Source: Felis catus (Eukaryota). From it: DNA of 64,000 bases. The first letter of the stretch is position 1. Each line of letters begins with the position of its first letter. The stretch lies in assembly GCF_018350175.1 (NCBI RefSeq), contig NC_058368.1:100814001-100878000 (forward strand), in the 5' to 3' direction. Below the pieces are notes generated by a model. It saw nothing but the letters and a program-made list of their open reading frames with translations. It was not told the origin of the DNA and did no database searches. The position numbers and the translations under genes are program-made. Of the stretch, positions 36,546 through 49,275 are shown in pieces.

Positions 36546-38601
36546 TCCATTCAGATGGAAAACATGCTAATTAAAAAAAAAATCATTTGTAGCGATTTAT
36601 TAAAGCCCGAGTGAGCACGTGTGTTGCTTTTAGATGGCTTCCAAAGTTTTTTTTTTTTTTTTTTTTTTTTCCTCTCCTCGTTCTGCAGTGCCTTGAGATG
36701 CCATCATCAGGTACTTTCTGAGCACCTGTTCCGTACCTGAGACTGATCCCTGAGAACTGAGAAACAGGGCCCCTCATCTCAGGCTTGGAAGAGTGTGTCG
36801 GGAGGGCGAGGGAGGGCCTGGGACCTTTGGGCAACGAGTTCAGTAAGTAAAGTGTGGGTGGTTGATTTCCCAGTGAACGTAGGCACCTTTATCTAGACCA
36901 TCATTGCTAAAGGGAGAAATTCCTCATGCTGGTTGGACCTTGAAAGAATTTTATTTCCAGTTGTTAAAGAGCAGGTAGGCAGAGAAGGTTGCAGAGGGCA
37001 GCCTGAAAGGAGTGATCACATTATTCAGCTCTAACTCACTCACTTGCTGAACACCAGAGACTTTAATTCGGCAGGCAAGGGTTTGAACCTTTCTCTCCTC
37101 TAAACATTCCTGGGTTTTGGTGACAGCCTATTTGGAACCTTGTGTGTTTTCATAGGGAGGATTAAATCTACCTCTCAAGGGAATTTTGAGAATTAAGAGC
37201 AGTGATTAAAAAAAAAAAAATCAGGGAGTATGTGGGCTTTTAGGATTAAATGGACCTCTGGGTTCAGGTGTCCCAAAAGAAGCACTCAGAGTGCCTTCCT
37301 TTGGGGAGGAAACTACTACTGGGGAGGGTGGGGCAGAGCTGAGATCTGTTTGGCCATTATTTATATAAATAAGTCTTTACAATGAATTGACATTTGGTTA
37401 AATATTGTCTATTTCACTTAAAAAGGGCGGGGGGGTGGGTGGTGTGGGAGATTGAATTTAAGCTTGAATGTATGCAAACCCTTTTCCTTAAAGCCTTGAA
37501 ACCTGAGTTGTCTTTAATTCTTCCAGATAGGTCACTTCCCCTATCAGCATCAACAGTCATGGAGGGCTTACCATCTTGGGGACATTCTTTAGGATCTGAA
37601 GATCATAGCCTGGTTGTTTGGTCATTTTTAGATGAAGGCGGTCTCAGTAATCCAAACTAAAGTTAGTTACTTCCCCAAAGAAGCACTTTCAAATCAACAT
37701 TAAGGCTTTTTGGCCATTAGCGATTCTCTTCTCTTACTGCATCTGTTTTCCCACACTGTTTTCAAATACCTTTTCCTGACTTGTATTATTACCTGGCATG
37801 TGCCAGGTTGTGAATTAAATCGATTTGGAAGGAGCCCGTTTCTTGGTCAACTTGGCAGTGTGAAGGTTGCCTATGTGATGACAGTTGGCGTGCTTTTTAA
37901 AAGTTAACTTTTTACAAAAATCCATCTCATTTAGACTGGTAACCATATTGTTAAGATACCACTGCAAGTGATTTTTTTTTTTTTCTTTCCTCTATGAGTC
38001 TAGGAAGCAGCTATTGGATACTTTGTTCCCTCTGAGCAGCTATTTTGTAACTGCTCAGCAGTTACTCATTTAGCAAATATTAACTGAATGCCTGCTCCCT
38101 GTCTGTATTCTAGGTCCTGGGAATTTAGCAGCGGATAATATTTAGCCTTTAACAAACTCTCAGAATTTAAAAATACGATTGCAATTTCTCAACAAGAAAC
38201 TTGTGAAATAATGGATACTTTGGAGTAAAGCACATCTTTTTACTCTAGTGATTATGTCTGTTTTAAATTTAAGAAATAATATGCTCAAACAAATTCAGTG
38301 ATACGAGGTTCATTGTAGCGAAGTGTGGTTTTATCTCCTTGCTTCTAATCCCTTGCCCTAAAGACTTAAAACGTGGGGCTGCTGTCTTAGAGACTTTTCT
38401 GTTTGCCCTGAAAACGTGATGCTTTTTTCCCCTTAGAATACGTTGTAAGATTCATCCTACAACATGGATATCTTTCTGTGCCGATGTGGATAGGTCTGTC
38501 TCCTCCTAGCTACTAGCAAAAGATCTTCCTCTTAAGGAATATTCCATCATTTGTTTACCCAGATCTCTTGTTCATGGCGACTGGCATTTGCTTCTAATTT
38601 T

Positions 38602-38811
38602 TAAAACATTTTTTTAAATCTTTATTTTGAGAAAGAGCAAGTGGGGAGGGGCAGAGAGAGAGACAGAGACAGAGAGAGAATCCCAAGCAGGCTTCACACT
38701 GTCAGCATGGAGCCTGATGCCATACAGGGGCTCGAACTCATGAACCATGAGGTCGTGACCTGAGCTGATAACAAGAGTGGACACTTAACCACCTGAACCA
38801 CCCAGGTGCTT
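38602..38811 (-). mobile_element. Can-SINE with TSD
   Basis: catttgcttctaattttta on both flanks. Confidence 0.9.
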
Positions 38812-39539
38812 GGACATTTGCTTCTAATTTTTAGCACCTGTGTCAAATGTTGGCCTGAGAAATCCCCATACATGCTTTTTTTATGCCTACTACTAGAATC
38901 TATCTAGAACCTTAACTAGAAGTGGTACTTCTGGGCTGTTTAAAGTTTTTATAGATATTGCTCCATTGTTACTTAAAAAAAATTATACAAACTTATGCTC
39001 CATGTACAAGGTAATTTACCTTTAAAGAGTGAAATTTTGCCCTTTGAGCACTTAAACATTGACGGTGGGCTTGCATGATGTTGAGAGGGGAATTGAAAGG
39101 TGCAGGGGTGTTGTTCCTTAGGGACTCTCAGGCTGGAGGGACAAGGTAGGAAAGGGCTAGGGTGCCCTGGTGTTTGCGGGGCAGAGGGAGAGGGCACTTG
39201 TGCTCTGCCTTAGGGTGGTGTGCGGGGATGGGGCCGGCGGAGGGCGGGGGCGGCTGCTTAGGAATGCTGACTTTAGAAATCAGGTGAGGTTTCTGCTGAC
39301 ATTGTGAAGTCTAGAAGGAGGAATTGCAGGGCAAAAATCTCATCTTAAGGGCAAGGCATTTTAAGCTCCCAGATTTAAACAAACAAGCAAACAAACAAGC
39401 TGGGAGGAGGGGCGCTTGTAAATCATTTAAGTTTATAAAGAAGCCCGAGAGGATATTCTAACAAAATTCACATGCACTCAAGTAGTACTTCATTGGTGGG
39501 TTATTCTCTACCCACCTTGTGTCCCCATAGCTTATTTGT

Positions 39540-40500
39540 TGGCTGTCTGTTCCTCTGAAGGCTCTACACTTTTTAAGACTCAGTGTCCGTCTCCACAGCT
39601 GTATTCCAGTACAGGGCCTATCACATAGTCAGAATTCAGTACATGTGCGCTGAGTAAATAATGAGTGATTGAGTCTTCTAATAGGAGAGGAACACCAGAA
39701 GAACAGTGATTATGAGGCGTGAAGCAGCTCACTGGGTGGGTGGGGGTCTGGGTGCAGACTGGAGTTTCTAGTAGCCGCAGGGATTCTGCAGGGTGGCTCC
39801 TGACCCTCGAGAGAGGTGGGGAGAGACCAGCTCGGTAGCCTTGAGAGCTGTAAAGAACTGTGGACTTCAGCTCCGGACTTTGGGAAGTCGTTGGAGGATT
39901 TTTAGGAAGGAAGTAAATACAGGATGATGAGCTTTGCATTTAGAAAGAGGACCCTGGAGCATTAATCATTTAAGGAATGCTAGCAGAAGGACCAGAAGGG
40001 AGAGAGGGTGAGAGCCTGAACTAAAGGCATCTGGGAAGGGAAAGGGGAAAACGTCAATCTCCAGGGCCTGGCGACTGGACGTGAGGCAACAGTGGTGACT
40101 CCCGTGGATGCCGTCGCCGTTGACCAAATCAGAGCAGAAGCAAGGAGGAAACTTCATTTGGGGGCGGACGTATTGAGGTTTTTGTGATTGATGAGGCTGC
40201 TTAGTTTTGAAGCTCAGGATAGAAGTCTGGGCTAGAAATATAGCTCTAGGTGGTCGTTCAGCACAAAAGATGAAAAAGTATCAGAGTTGATGCTCTTCCC
40301 AGGAAGAGCATGTGGAGTGAAGAAAGATGGTGGACTGAAAGTAAACTCCTAGAGTCTGCCCGAGCAAGGATGTCTCAGCACTGCATCCTGAGGCAGGAGG
40401 GGGAAGGAAACAAAGGGGTGGGAAGAGAGAGAACCGTAGGTGCTTTACCACAAGGAGGGTGCTGGCGGTGGCTGAGTGGCCTTGTAAGGATGTTGGACAG
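39540..40500. mobile_element. L2-like fragments
   Basis: L2 3'-end-like text (cagtacagggcctatcacatagt...tgagtaaataatgagtga) and a purine-rich antisense L2-like stretch. Confidence 0.45.
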
Positions 40501-40803
40501 TTCGTTGGATGTGGTGGTAAGCAGGTCCCCGGGGGCGGGGTGGGGGACAGCGTAGGCTACTGTTTTCAGGTTTCAGATATGTTGTCGCTAAAAGTAGCAA
40601 CACCAGAATTGCTACCTAGGTAGCAACACAAAAGTTGAATGTATTAGATTTCATTTTTTATAGCTGTGAAAAAAGGCATTGAATTAGATGGTTTTTCGAG
40701 TTTGCTTTAACTATATGTGACTGTGTTATATGTGTCTGTGTTATGGTTATACAAATCTTTTTCTTGGATTCTGGACTCTCACTGATGTACCTGGTGTATC
40801 ATG

Positions 40804-40839
<36 letters not shown>

Positions 40840-40920
40840 ACATAAAGCAGCTTCATACATACATGATCATAATGTGAGATATGTGTACAGAACATTATTG
40901 TTTTAATACTTTATGGAATA

Positions 40921-41365
40921 GGGGCATCCGGGTACTCAGTTAAGCGTCCGACTTCAGCTCAGCTCATGATCTCGCGGTTTGTAGGTTCAAGCCCCACATC
41001 AGGCTCTGTGCTGACAGCTCAGAGCCTGGAGCCTGCTTCAGATTCTATGTCTCCCTCCCTCTCTGCTCCTCTGCCACTTGTGCTCTCTCTCTTTCGCTCT
41101 CTGTCTCTCAAATTCATCTCAAAGATGAATAAACATTAAAAATTTTTTAGATGGACACCTGGGTGGCTCAGTCGGTTAAATGGCCAACTTCGGCTCAGGT
41201 CACGATCTCACAGCTTGTGGGTTCAAGCCCCATGTAGGGCTCTGGGCTGACAGCTGGCATCCTGGAGCCTGCTTCTGTTTCTGGTTCTCCCTCTCTCTGC
41301 CCCTCCCCCGCTTGCGCGTGCACACTCTCTCAAAAATAAACGTTAAAAAAATTAAAAAAATTTTA
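40921..41365 (+). mobile_element. Two head-to-tail Can-SINEs inside a single TSD
   Basis: SINE heads at about 40921 and 41152. aatactttatgga flanks the pair at about 40906 and 41368. Confidence 0.88.
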
Positions 41366-41759
41366 GAATACTTTATGGATTAAAATACAAAAAAATAGAA
41401 CAACATGAGGAATCATTTACTCATTACTCACTTTCAATATTTTAAATTATTGCTTCATTTGTCGCCCCTTATTTTTCATTTTTTTAAAATTCTGGAATAT
41501 TTTAAAATAAATCTAAGCTATAATTTCACCTGTAACCATTTCACTTAGGATATCCAACAAGTAAAGACTTAAAAAAAAAAACAAAACCTATAACCAAAAT
41601 GTCAGTATTGTCACACAATTATCGACACCTTAATATCATTCCAGTTCTCAATTCTTTTTGTTGTTTTTTAGCGTAACCCCAAAGCAGGTATTGCCTTGGA
41701 ATTAACAGTGATCTGCAGGAAATATTTTTATTGCCATTTTGTGTTTGTGAAAATGAGAA

Positions 41760-41838
41760 GTTGAATGAGGGCATCTGGCTATTCAGGAGTGGCCCTCCCC
41801 TCTGCTTTCACCTGGTGACCGAAAGGAACAAGTTGCAG

Positions 41839-41877
<39 letters not shown>

Positions 41878-42200
41878 TGTGTGTTTGACTTCCAGAGGAA
41901 GCCAGGGCGTTTCTTCAGGATATGGGCACTTTCCCCCAAGAATCTTGGAACAAATACCTCTCCTTTCATATCCTATTAGTCCCAGTTGGTTTTCAACCAA
42001 TCCTGTTGCCGGGGGAGCTCCGTGAGCTGATTGGCTGAGACCACAGCCACCTGGACCAATCACCGTGGCAAGACTACATTAACTAGATGGAGTTAAAATA
42101 ATAGGCCTTTCTGGAGCTGGGAATGAGGTCAGTCCCCTTCCTGCCACCTAACCCAGTAGGCACGGCAGTGGGAGAAGGTCAGAGGACAGTGAGACCACGA
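41760..42200. mobile_element. Old MLT1-like LTR remnant with CCAAT motifs
   Basis: gctgattggctgagaccacagccacctggaccaatcaccgtggc resembles recalled MLT1K/L text. Confidence 0.5.
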
Positions 42201-42589
42201 CGTCCACCACAGTATCTCAAAGTCACTCATTATAAGCATCTATGATGAAGGATGCTTCTGTGTAACAAGGACATAGCCGCCACAGTGCCTCATGCCCATA
42301 AATTCACAGCATCAGCAAACATTAAATATGTGCTGCATAATTAAACCAGGCATGGGTAGGGTATGTTCCTTACAGTTAAAGACAGGATATACAATTGTGA
42401 AAATATTCTTGAACGTTAGCCAACACAATACTACCTTAAGAATCAAAATAGGGCACAAGAGGATTGAATTCTGCAAGTATGGTGCTTAGAAATTTGCGGA
42501 CAGTTTATTTTCCTTGGGCTAGAAATACATTTTAATCTTTTTTTTTTTTTGAATAGTTTTCATTTTTCAATTTATATATATTTTTAATT

Positions 42590-43000
42590 TTATTTTAGTA
42601 TACTAATATTTTAGAGAGTGTGCAAGCAGAGAGAGAGAGAGAGAGAGAGAGAGAACCTCAAATGGGCTCCATGCTCTGCCCAACTCAGGGCTCGATCCCA
42701 CCACCCTGAAATCATGACCTGAGCGAAATCAAGAGTCTGTCAACTGACTGAGCTACTCAGGTGCCCCGTAATTTATATGTTATTTATTTATTTTTTATTA
42801 AAATAAAAAAAACACATTTATTTATTTTTGAGATGGGGGGAGGGGCAGAGAGAGAGGGAGACACAGAATCTGAAGCAGGCTCCAGGCTCTGAGCTGTCAG
42901 CACAGAGCCAGATGCGAGGCTTGAACCCACAAGCTGTGAGATGCATCATGACCTGAGCTGAAGTCGGACGCTCATCCAACTGAGTCATCCAGGCGCCCCA
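42590..43000 (-). mobile_element. Two antisense Can-SINEs (about 42590-42768 and 42810-42999)
   Basis: The copies end in caggtgcccc and caggcgcccc. Confidence 0.87.
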
Positions 43001-43009
43001 TATGTGTTT

Positions 43010-46000
43010 TTTAAAATAAACTTTTAATTGTAAAATAATTTTAGACTTAGAGCAAAGTTGCAAAGTTAGAAAATGCAAGTACCTGTATACCCCTCACACA
43101 GTTTCCCTCGTTAGCATCCTATATCACCATGGTAATGTCAAAACAAGGAAACTAGCATTGGTATATTACTATTAACTAAGCTCCAGACTTTATTTGCATT
43201 TCACCAGTTTTTCCATTAATGTCCAATCCAGGATATCATGTTGCATTTAGTTTTGTCTGACGTGATGTGAAAGTAAGTTAGTAGTCCAAATTACAGCACA
43301 CTGTCTCAAAAATGAGGCGCGTGTGTCATTAGAAATGAACCTGTATGGATCAAATCAAATTTTAGCTATTTTAGTTGCTTTATGTGTAATTTTTACCATT
43401 TGGCAAAAAGCCTACTTGTTCTGTTCCACAAGTTTGTGACAGAGGCTGACACAGCCTAACGGTGAAAGGCTCAGGCTAGAGACTCATGCTGTCTGCATTC
43501 AAATTTTGCCTCTAACGTTTAGCTTGAAGTCTGACTTTAGACAAGTCACTTCATCCCCTGTGCTTTATTTTCCTCATCTGTAAAAGAGACTACTACTACC
43601 TACCTTGTAGAGTGGTTTGAGGCTCAAATGACATAATTCTTGCAAAGTGCAAGGAATAATGTATCAAGCTATGTTTATAATTTGTTCTTAATAGTAGGGA
43701 CTGCCTTGAAGTTAACTTTTTTTTTTTAAGCTCTTTAATGTCAATGAATAATGTAAACAAAAGTCGAGGAGAAATAGTTATCTGCTATATAAAATAAAAT
43801 CTTTGCAAATACTCTGAAGTACTTCAGAAGTAACACCATGGATTCATTTCATATTCTTAGTACAACTTTCAAACTGTGTGATCAATTCAGATTTTGTTTC
43901 CTAGCCTTATTTACTGCCTATGTTTGTTTTTTTTTTCCCCAAGATGCTACATAAGTGGTTAGGATATATTTTAGAGGGCCTAGAGATAGATACATGCTTC
44001 TCACCTCCTCTTTTCTACCCCACTCCCAGCACCCCTGCAAAACACTGGGGCCATCAGGCTCACACCTTGCATTCTTATGCTGGTTTTCCAGGTTCTTACT
44101 CAGATTTTCAATGCAATTTTCTGTTATTTTGCTTTGAATGTGCTTTTTCTGTTTTAATTTCCTGTTGTCTTGCCCCCCCTTCCTTTTTTGTTATGAAAAA
44201 TTCCAACATATAGAGCAGTGAAGAAAATGATGCCTTTACTAAGCTTTTAAAATAATCAGCTTCCAGCCAGCTTCGTTTCCCCTCACATTCTCCCCTCTTT
44301 CATTGTGAATCAAATCTCAGACCTGTCTCTGAGTATTTCCAGCATGTGTGTCTAAAAAACGAAGATTCTCCTTTAAAAATATAATCCTAATATAATTATC
44401 AGACACTTTAAAAATGAACAGTAAGAAAAAAAGCAGTAATTCATCTATTATCATAAGTATCAATTCATTTTTACATTTTCTTAATTTTCCCAAGCATGTT
44501 CTTTTTTTAAATGTAGTTTGTTTGAATTTGATTGAAACTAGGTCCATATCATGTGATTGCTTAGTATGTGTCCTTAATCTTTTTTAATCTGTAGGCTCTT
44601 TTAAACAGTTCTGGGTTTTTTTTGTTTTTTTTTTTTTAATTTGTTTGTTTTGAGGGATACCCAGAGCAAGTTGGGGAGGGGCAGAGAAAGAGAATCCCAA
44701 GCAGTCTCCTTACTGTCAGTACGGAGGCCCCAACCAGGGCTTGAACCCCACGAAGCCTTAAGACCATGACCTGAGCAGAAACCAAGAGTCGGAAACTCAA
44801 CTGACTGAGCCCCTCAGGTGCCCCTTAATCTCTAAATTCTTTTAGCATCTCGTTCTCTTTCTCTTTTTTCTTTTACAATTATTTTGTTGTAGAAACTGTG
44901 ACATTTGTCCCATAAAGTTTTCCCCACTGAATTTTGCTGATTACGTCCCTCTGATACCTTTTTCATTTGCTCATGTCATGAAAAGGCAGAGGCTGGGTCA
45001 TTTTCAGCTTTGATTTGTGATGCTAGCAGCCCTTGAAGAGCATTGCCTAGATCTCCTAATTCCTTAGTGGTTGCTAAGTATTGATAGTTTAATTTTATCG
45101 TTCTTCCTTCATTTATTGACTTGAATACATGTGTACAAAGAAACTTTGCCTCGTAACTTGGTTACCCTGAGGTGTAGTTTTTCCAGGAAAAGCAGGATAA
45201 ATGCCTGCTTCTTTCTTTTATTATTTATTTTTCAAAACCGTAAGTTGGCTGCCTCAAAGATCACAAATTAAAGGTTTTCAGAGAGGCTCTCTTTAAAAAA
45301 TTAGTATTGTTATGAATTTGTGGATATTAGCATATTCGATACAATGTAGTCCCTTGCATTTATGATTCTGATATACTTTTTGCCCCTCTTTGGCCATCTT
45401 TCAAGTTTGGTTTCTTTGTAACGTTTTATTTATTTTTGAGAGAGAGAGAGAGAGCACGAGCTGGAGAGGGGGTGGAACAGGGAGAGCAGGCCAGAAAATC
45501 TAAAGCAGGCTTTGTGCTGACAGAAGCAAGCCCCATGCAGGGCTCAAACCCACGAACTGCGAGATCATGACCCGAGTGAGCCAAGGTCAGACGCTTAACC
45601 GACTAAGCCACCCAGTCCCCCCTCAAGTTTGGCATTTTCCAATTGGGTGCTCTGTCACTGACACAATCTTAGTGGTCTTTGATCACTTCCTTGCTTCCTA
45701 ACAAGGTATTCAAGGTACATCTTTTACCTTTCCTGCTCCAGGTCTGGAATTAGGGTTTTCCCTAAAGACCTCTGGTTGCTTGTATTGAGAAATGCTATTT
45801 AGAGACCATGAGCTGGGCACAGGGTATTTGTGAAGGTTTCGAGATCTCTTCGATGGTCACAGCAGAGGAATTTTTTTAAGTTGAGGCCAACAGGAAATTT
45901 TATCTTGATCTTTTATCTTCAGTGGTGTCTTTTGTCTCGCATCGAAAATCTCAGTGCTTTAAATGCTGAGCCTGATGGAATTGGAATATCATGATTAGCA

Positions 46001-46760
46001 GTTTACTTTGTCTCGCATTATACACATCAGCACAGAGCCGGATGCTGGGCTCAGACACATACAGTGTGAGCTCAAGAGTCGGGTGCTTAACAGACTGTGT
46101 CACCCAGCCTCCACCTTAGGGCTTTTTTTTTTTAGAAACTGATTTTGTTTTATACCTGTGTAAAGTATGTCCTGCCTTAGGTTTATCTGCTGAAACTGGC
46201 TTCTTTTCATGTTCCCTTTATTCTGCTCTCTTCCTCTCCCTTTGATGACCATTAAAAAAAAAAAGTTTTTTATCTTTCCATTAAAAAAATATAAACAAAT
46301 ACAGGTAATTTTTGTACCCTTAGATGAAACTGTGGTCTAAAATTAAACAGTAGTGTATTAAAACATTTTTTTTTCCACCTGCTTTTTTTTTTTTTTTCTT
46401 TTAACCTAACAATATACCTGTAGTTCACCCCCCACGGGCATAGTTAAAGATGCCACCTCCTTTTCAGTAGCTCAGTTGTTTTCCATTTTTGGCCGCAGTC
46501 ATTAGCCTTGTGCATATGTGTTTTTGTATTTTTGTCAGGGCATCTTTAGGATAGATTCCTAGCAGTGGGTTACTGGATCAAAAGGTACATGCCTATTTAA
46601 TTTTGCTAGATATTGTCAAATCCCCTTCCTTAGGGATTGTGTTATTTTGCATTCCTATAGCAGTTTATGAAATTATGTGTTTCCTCACAAGCTTGCCAGC
46701 TGAATGTGTTGTCAGGCCCTTGGGTGTTTGCCAATCTGATAGGTAAGCAGTGGTATTTCA
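43010..46760 (-). mobile_element. Fragmented old L1MC/ME 3' regions with a MIR (about 43455-43650) and SINE insertions (about 44620-44824, 45420-45622, 46025-46110)
   Basis: ttttagacttagagcaaagttgcaa... and ggatagattcctagcagtgggttactggatcaaaagg are L1M 3' motifs. Confidence 0.6.
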
Positions 46761-46850
46761 GTATACACTCTTTGTAATTTGCTGGCTCAATGGCTGATGA
46801 CTAGTTTGGGCATGTTTGAAACATGCTAGTGTTCTTTGTGGTTGCTTTTC

Positions 46851-46918
<68 letters not shown>

Positions 46919-46920
46919 TT
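46851..46920. repeat. (TTTC)n tetranucleotide microsatellite
   Basis: About 16 perfect units. Confidence 0.95.
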
Positions 46921-47667
46921 TGAAGTAGGTATTGGGTAGGTGGGTATTTGAAATAAACTATCGTCCCCTTGTTGATTTTTATTAAAAAGGCAAATGACTT
47001 AGGTTTTCACCCTATAATTCTCACTCGAGGGAAGAATCAGTGTGTAAGTTGAGTCCTACCAGCCGCCTTTCCTTAGTTCTTTGCATTTAGGCATTTAGAA
47101 GTTGTTTGAGAAACTAGAAGCTTCTCTCCCCTCTTCACCCTCACCCTTCTGTCTACCTTGCTAGTGGATGGATATTGTTCTTACTGTCAGGATTACACAA
47201 GGCAGGTAGAGAAAACAGTCATTCACGTGATTATGTATTATGTGCTTAGGTCTCCCAGGCATTGTACTAGTGTTGTGGGCTCAGGGGTAACTGACCTGAA
47301 TGCTTGCTCAGGAAGGATGAGTGGAAGTTTGCCAGTTTGGGCAAGGGAAGATCATTTCCGGTTCTGGTTCCAGGCAGGACGTGGTGAAGGGTAGGAAGTA
47401 ATGGGAGTCAGTAAGGAGGGGTAGGTAGTGGGGGTAGAACACGAGTTTGGAGTTTGGGTTGAGTGGTTAGTGGGACTGTGGATACTCAGAATTTTATCCT
47501 GGAAGCAGCTGTAAATAATGAGCATGTTGGTTGGTTGCTTGGTTGGTTTGTAGGAGAATAAAGACATCAGAGGTACAGAATGACCGAAACATATGCAAAG
47601 ATAGTCACTCTCACCAGTAATTAAAGAAAAGCAAAGTAAAACAGACTTTTAAAAAGTGAATAGGCAA

Positions 47668-47770
47668 GGGACTCCTGGCTGGCTCAGTGGATAGAGCATG
47701 CGTCTCTTGATCTCAGGGTTGTGAGTTCAGGTCCCATGTTGGGCATAGAACATACTGAAAAAAAAAAAAA
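47668..47770 (+). mobile_element. Short Can-SINE inserted in an old L1 fragment
   Basis: gggactcctggctggctcagtggatagagcatgcg head. TSD tgaataggcaa / tgaataggtaa. Confidence 0.85.
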
Positions 47771-48029
47771 TGAATAGGTAAAATGAAAATGATAAAAACC
47801 AGTACTGGTGGGAATGGGGCTGAGGGGGGACAGGTTCTCTAACACCCTGTTGGTGAGACTAACTGGGAAGATGTATTTTGGAAGCCAATTTGGCAATATT
47901 TATTAAAGAAAATGTATACTCTTAGCCTTAACCTTTCCCATTCTTTGGTCTCTACCCACAAATGCACAAAGGTAGACACATGAAGCTATTTCTTATAACA
48001 TTGTTTATAATGTCAAGAAAATATGGCAA

Positions 48030-49275
48030 CTAATCGTTTGTTTAACAAATGTTTATTGACAGCCAGCCGTGTGGCAGGCACTAGTCTGCCTGTTGGAGAT
48101 AGAGCAGTGAACAGAGCAGTGAAGTGTCCCCTCAAGGAGCTTACATTCTAGTTGGATGGGTGGAGAGGGTCAGACATAGACCTGACAAGTACATTATACA
48201 TAATATCTCAGATAGTGATAAGTGCCACTGATTCAAATATACGTGGGAAGGGAGTAAAGAGTACTGAGAAGCCCTCCCTGGGAGAGTAACAGTAGAACTG
48301 AGCCCTGAGGTTGATGACGGGTGAGTCATGAGGTAATCTAGGGGAAGAGTGTTCTGGGCAGAGGGAACAGCACGTGCACCAAGGGCATGAGATAGGAATG
48401 TGCCCCCCTGTGTTTTAGGAATAGAAATGAGTCCAGGGCAGTTGGACTGAATCAGAGAATAGAGGGTGGTCCGAGATGAGGCCACAGGTAATATGGTAGA
48501 GGGATAATGTGAGGTAGACTGGCGGGTGGTGAGGACCGAGCTGGTAGGCCTGGTAGGCACTGATAAGACTTCTACTTTCAGAGATGGAAAGCAGGAGTAA
48601 TGAGGTTTAGTAAGTATTGGCCACCAGCCATGTGCCGGGCCCTCTTTGAGATGCTGAGGACCCGGTGAAGAAAACGCATGGAAATCCCTGCCCTTATGTG
48701 GTGGTGACAGGAGTTGTTTTAAAAGGATCAGTATCGTGGCACCTAGGTGGCTTAGTCAGTTGAGCGTCTGACTTGGCTCAGGTTATGATCTCACGGTTTG
48801 TGAGTTTGAGCTCTGCCTCGGGATTTATGCTGACAGCTCAGAGCCTGGAGCTTTGGATTCTGTGTTTCCCACCCACCCACCCACCCCACCCCCGCTCTCT
48901 GCCCCTCCCCTCCTCAAGCTCTGTCTCTCTGTCAAAAATAAATAAACATTAAAAAAAAAAAAGATCATTCTCATTTTGGTGAGTACAGACTCTAGGAGTA
49001 TTGGGTGTAGCCACAAAGCTCAATTAAAGAAGCTATTGTACTTTCCTGGGTAAAAGATGATGATGGCTGAGAACAGTTCTATAAGTAGACATAGTGGAAG
49101 AAGGTTGCATTGTGGGTAGATTTCTGCTCATGGAGCCGGTGGGATTCACTGATGGATTGGATTTGGAGTGTGAGAAAAAAAGACCCAATAGGAGGACTAC
49201 TGAAATGAAGAATTGGGGTTGAGCAGATTTTGGAGGAAAGATCAGAAATCCTATTTTGGACGTGCTCAATTTGAA
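48030..49275 (-). mobile_element. L2 LINE remnant with a SINE insertion (about 48737-48962, +)
   Basis: aacaaatgtttattga...gtggcaggcactagtct...ggagcttacattctagt are typical L2 3'-end reverse-strand motifs. Confidence 0.7.

Noticed and set aside
35450..36574. Long overlapping ORFs (201-284 aa) on both strands
   Set aside because: Low-complexity Arg/Pro/Gly/Ala translations expected from stop-poor CpG-island DNA. The real coding segment is the 60-nt SNX24 exon.
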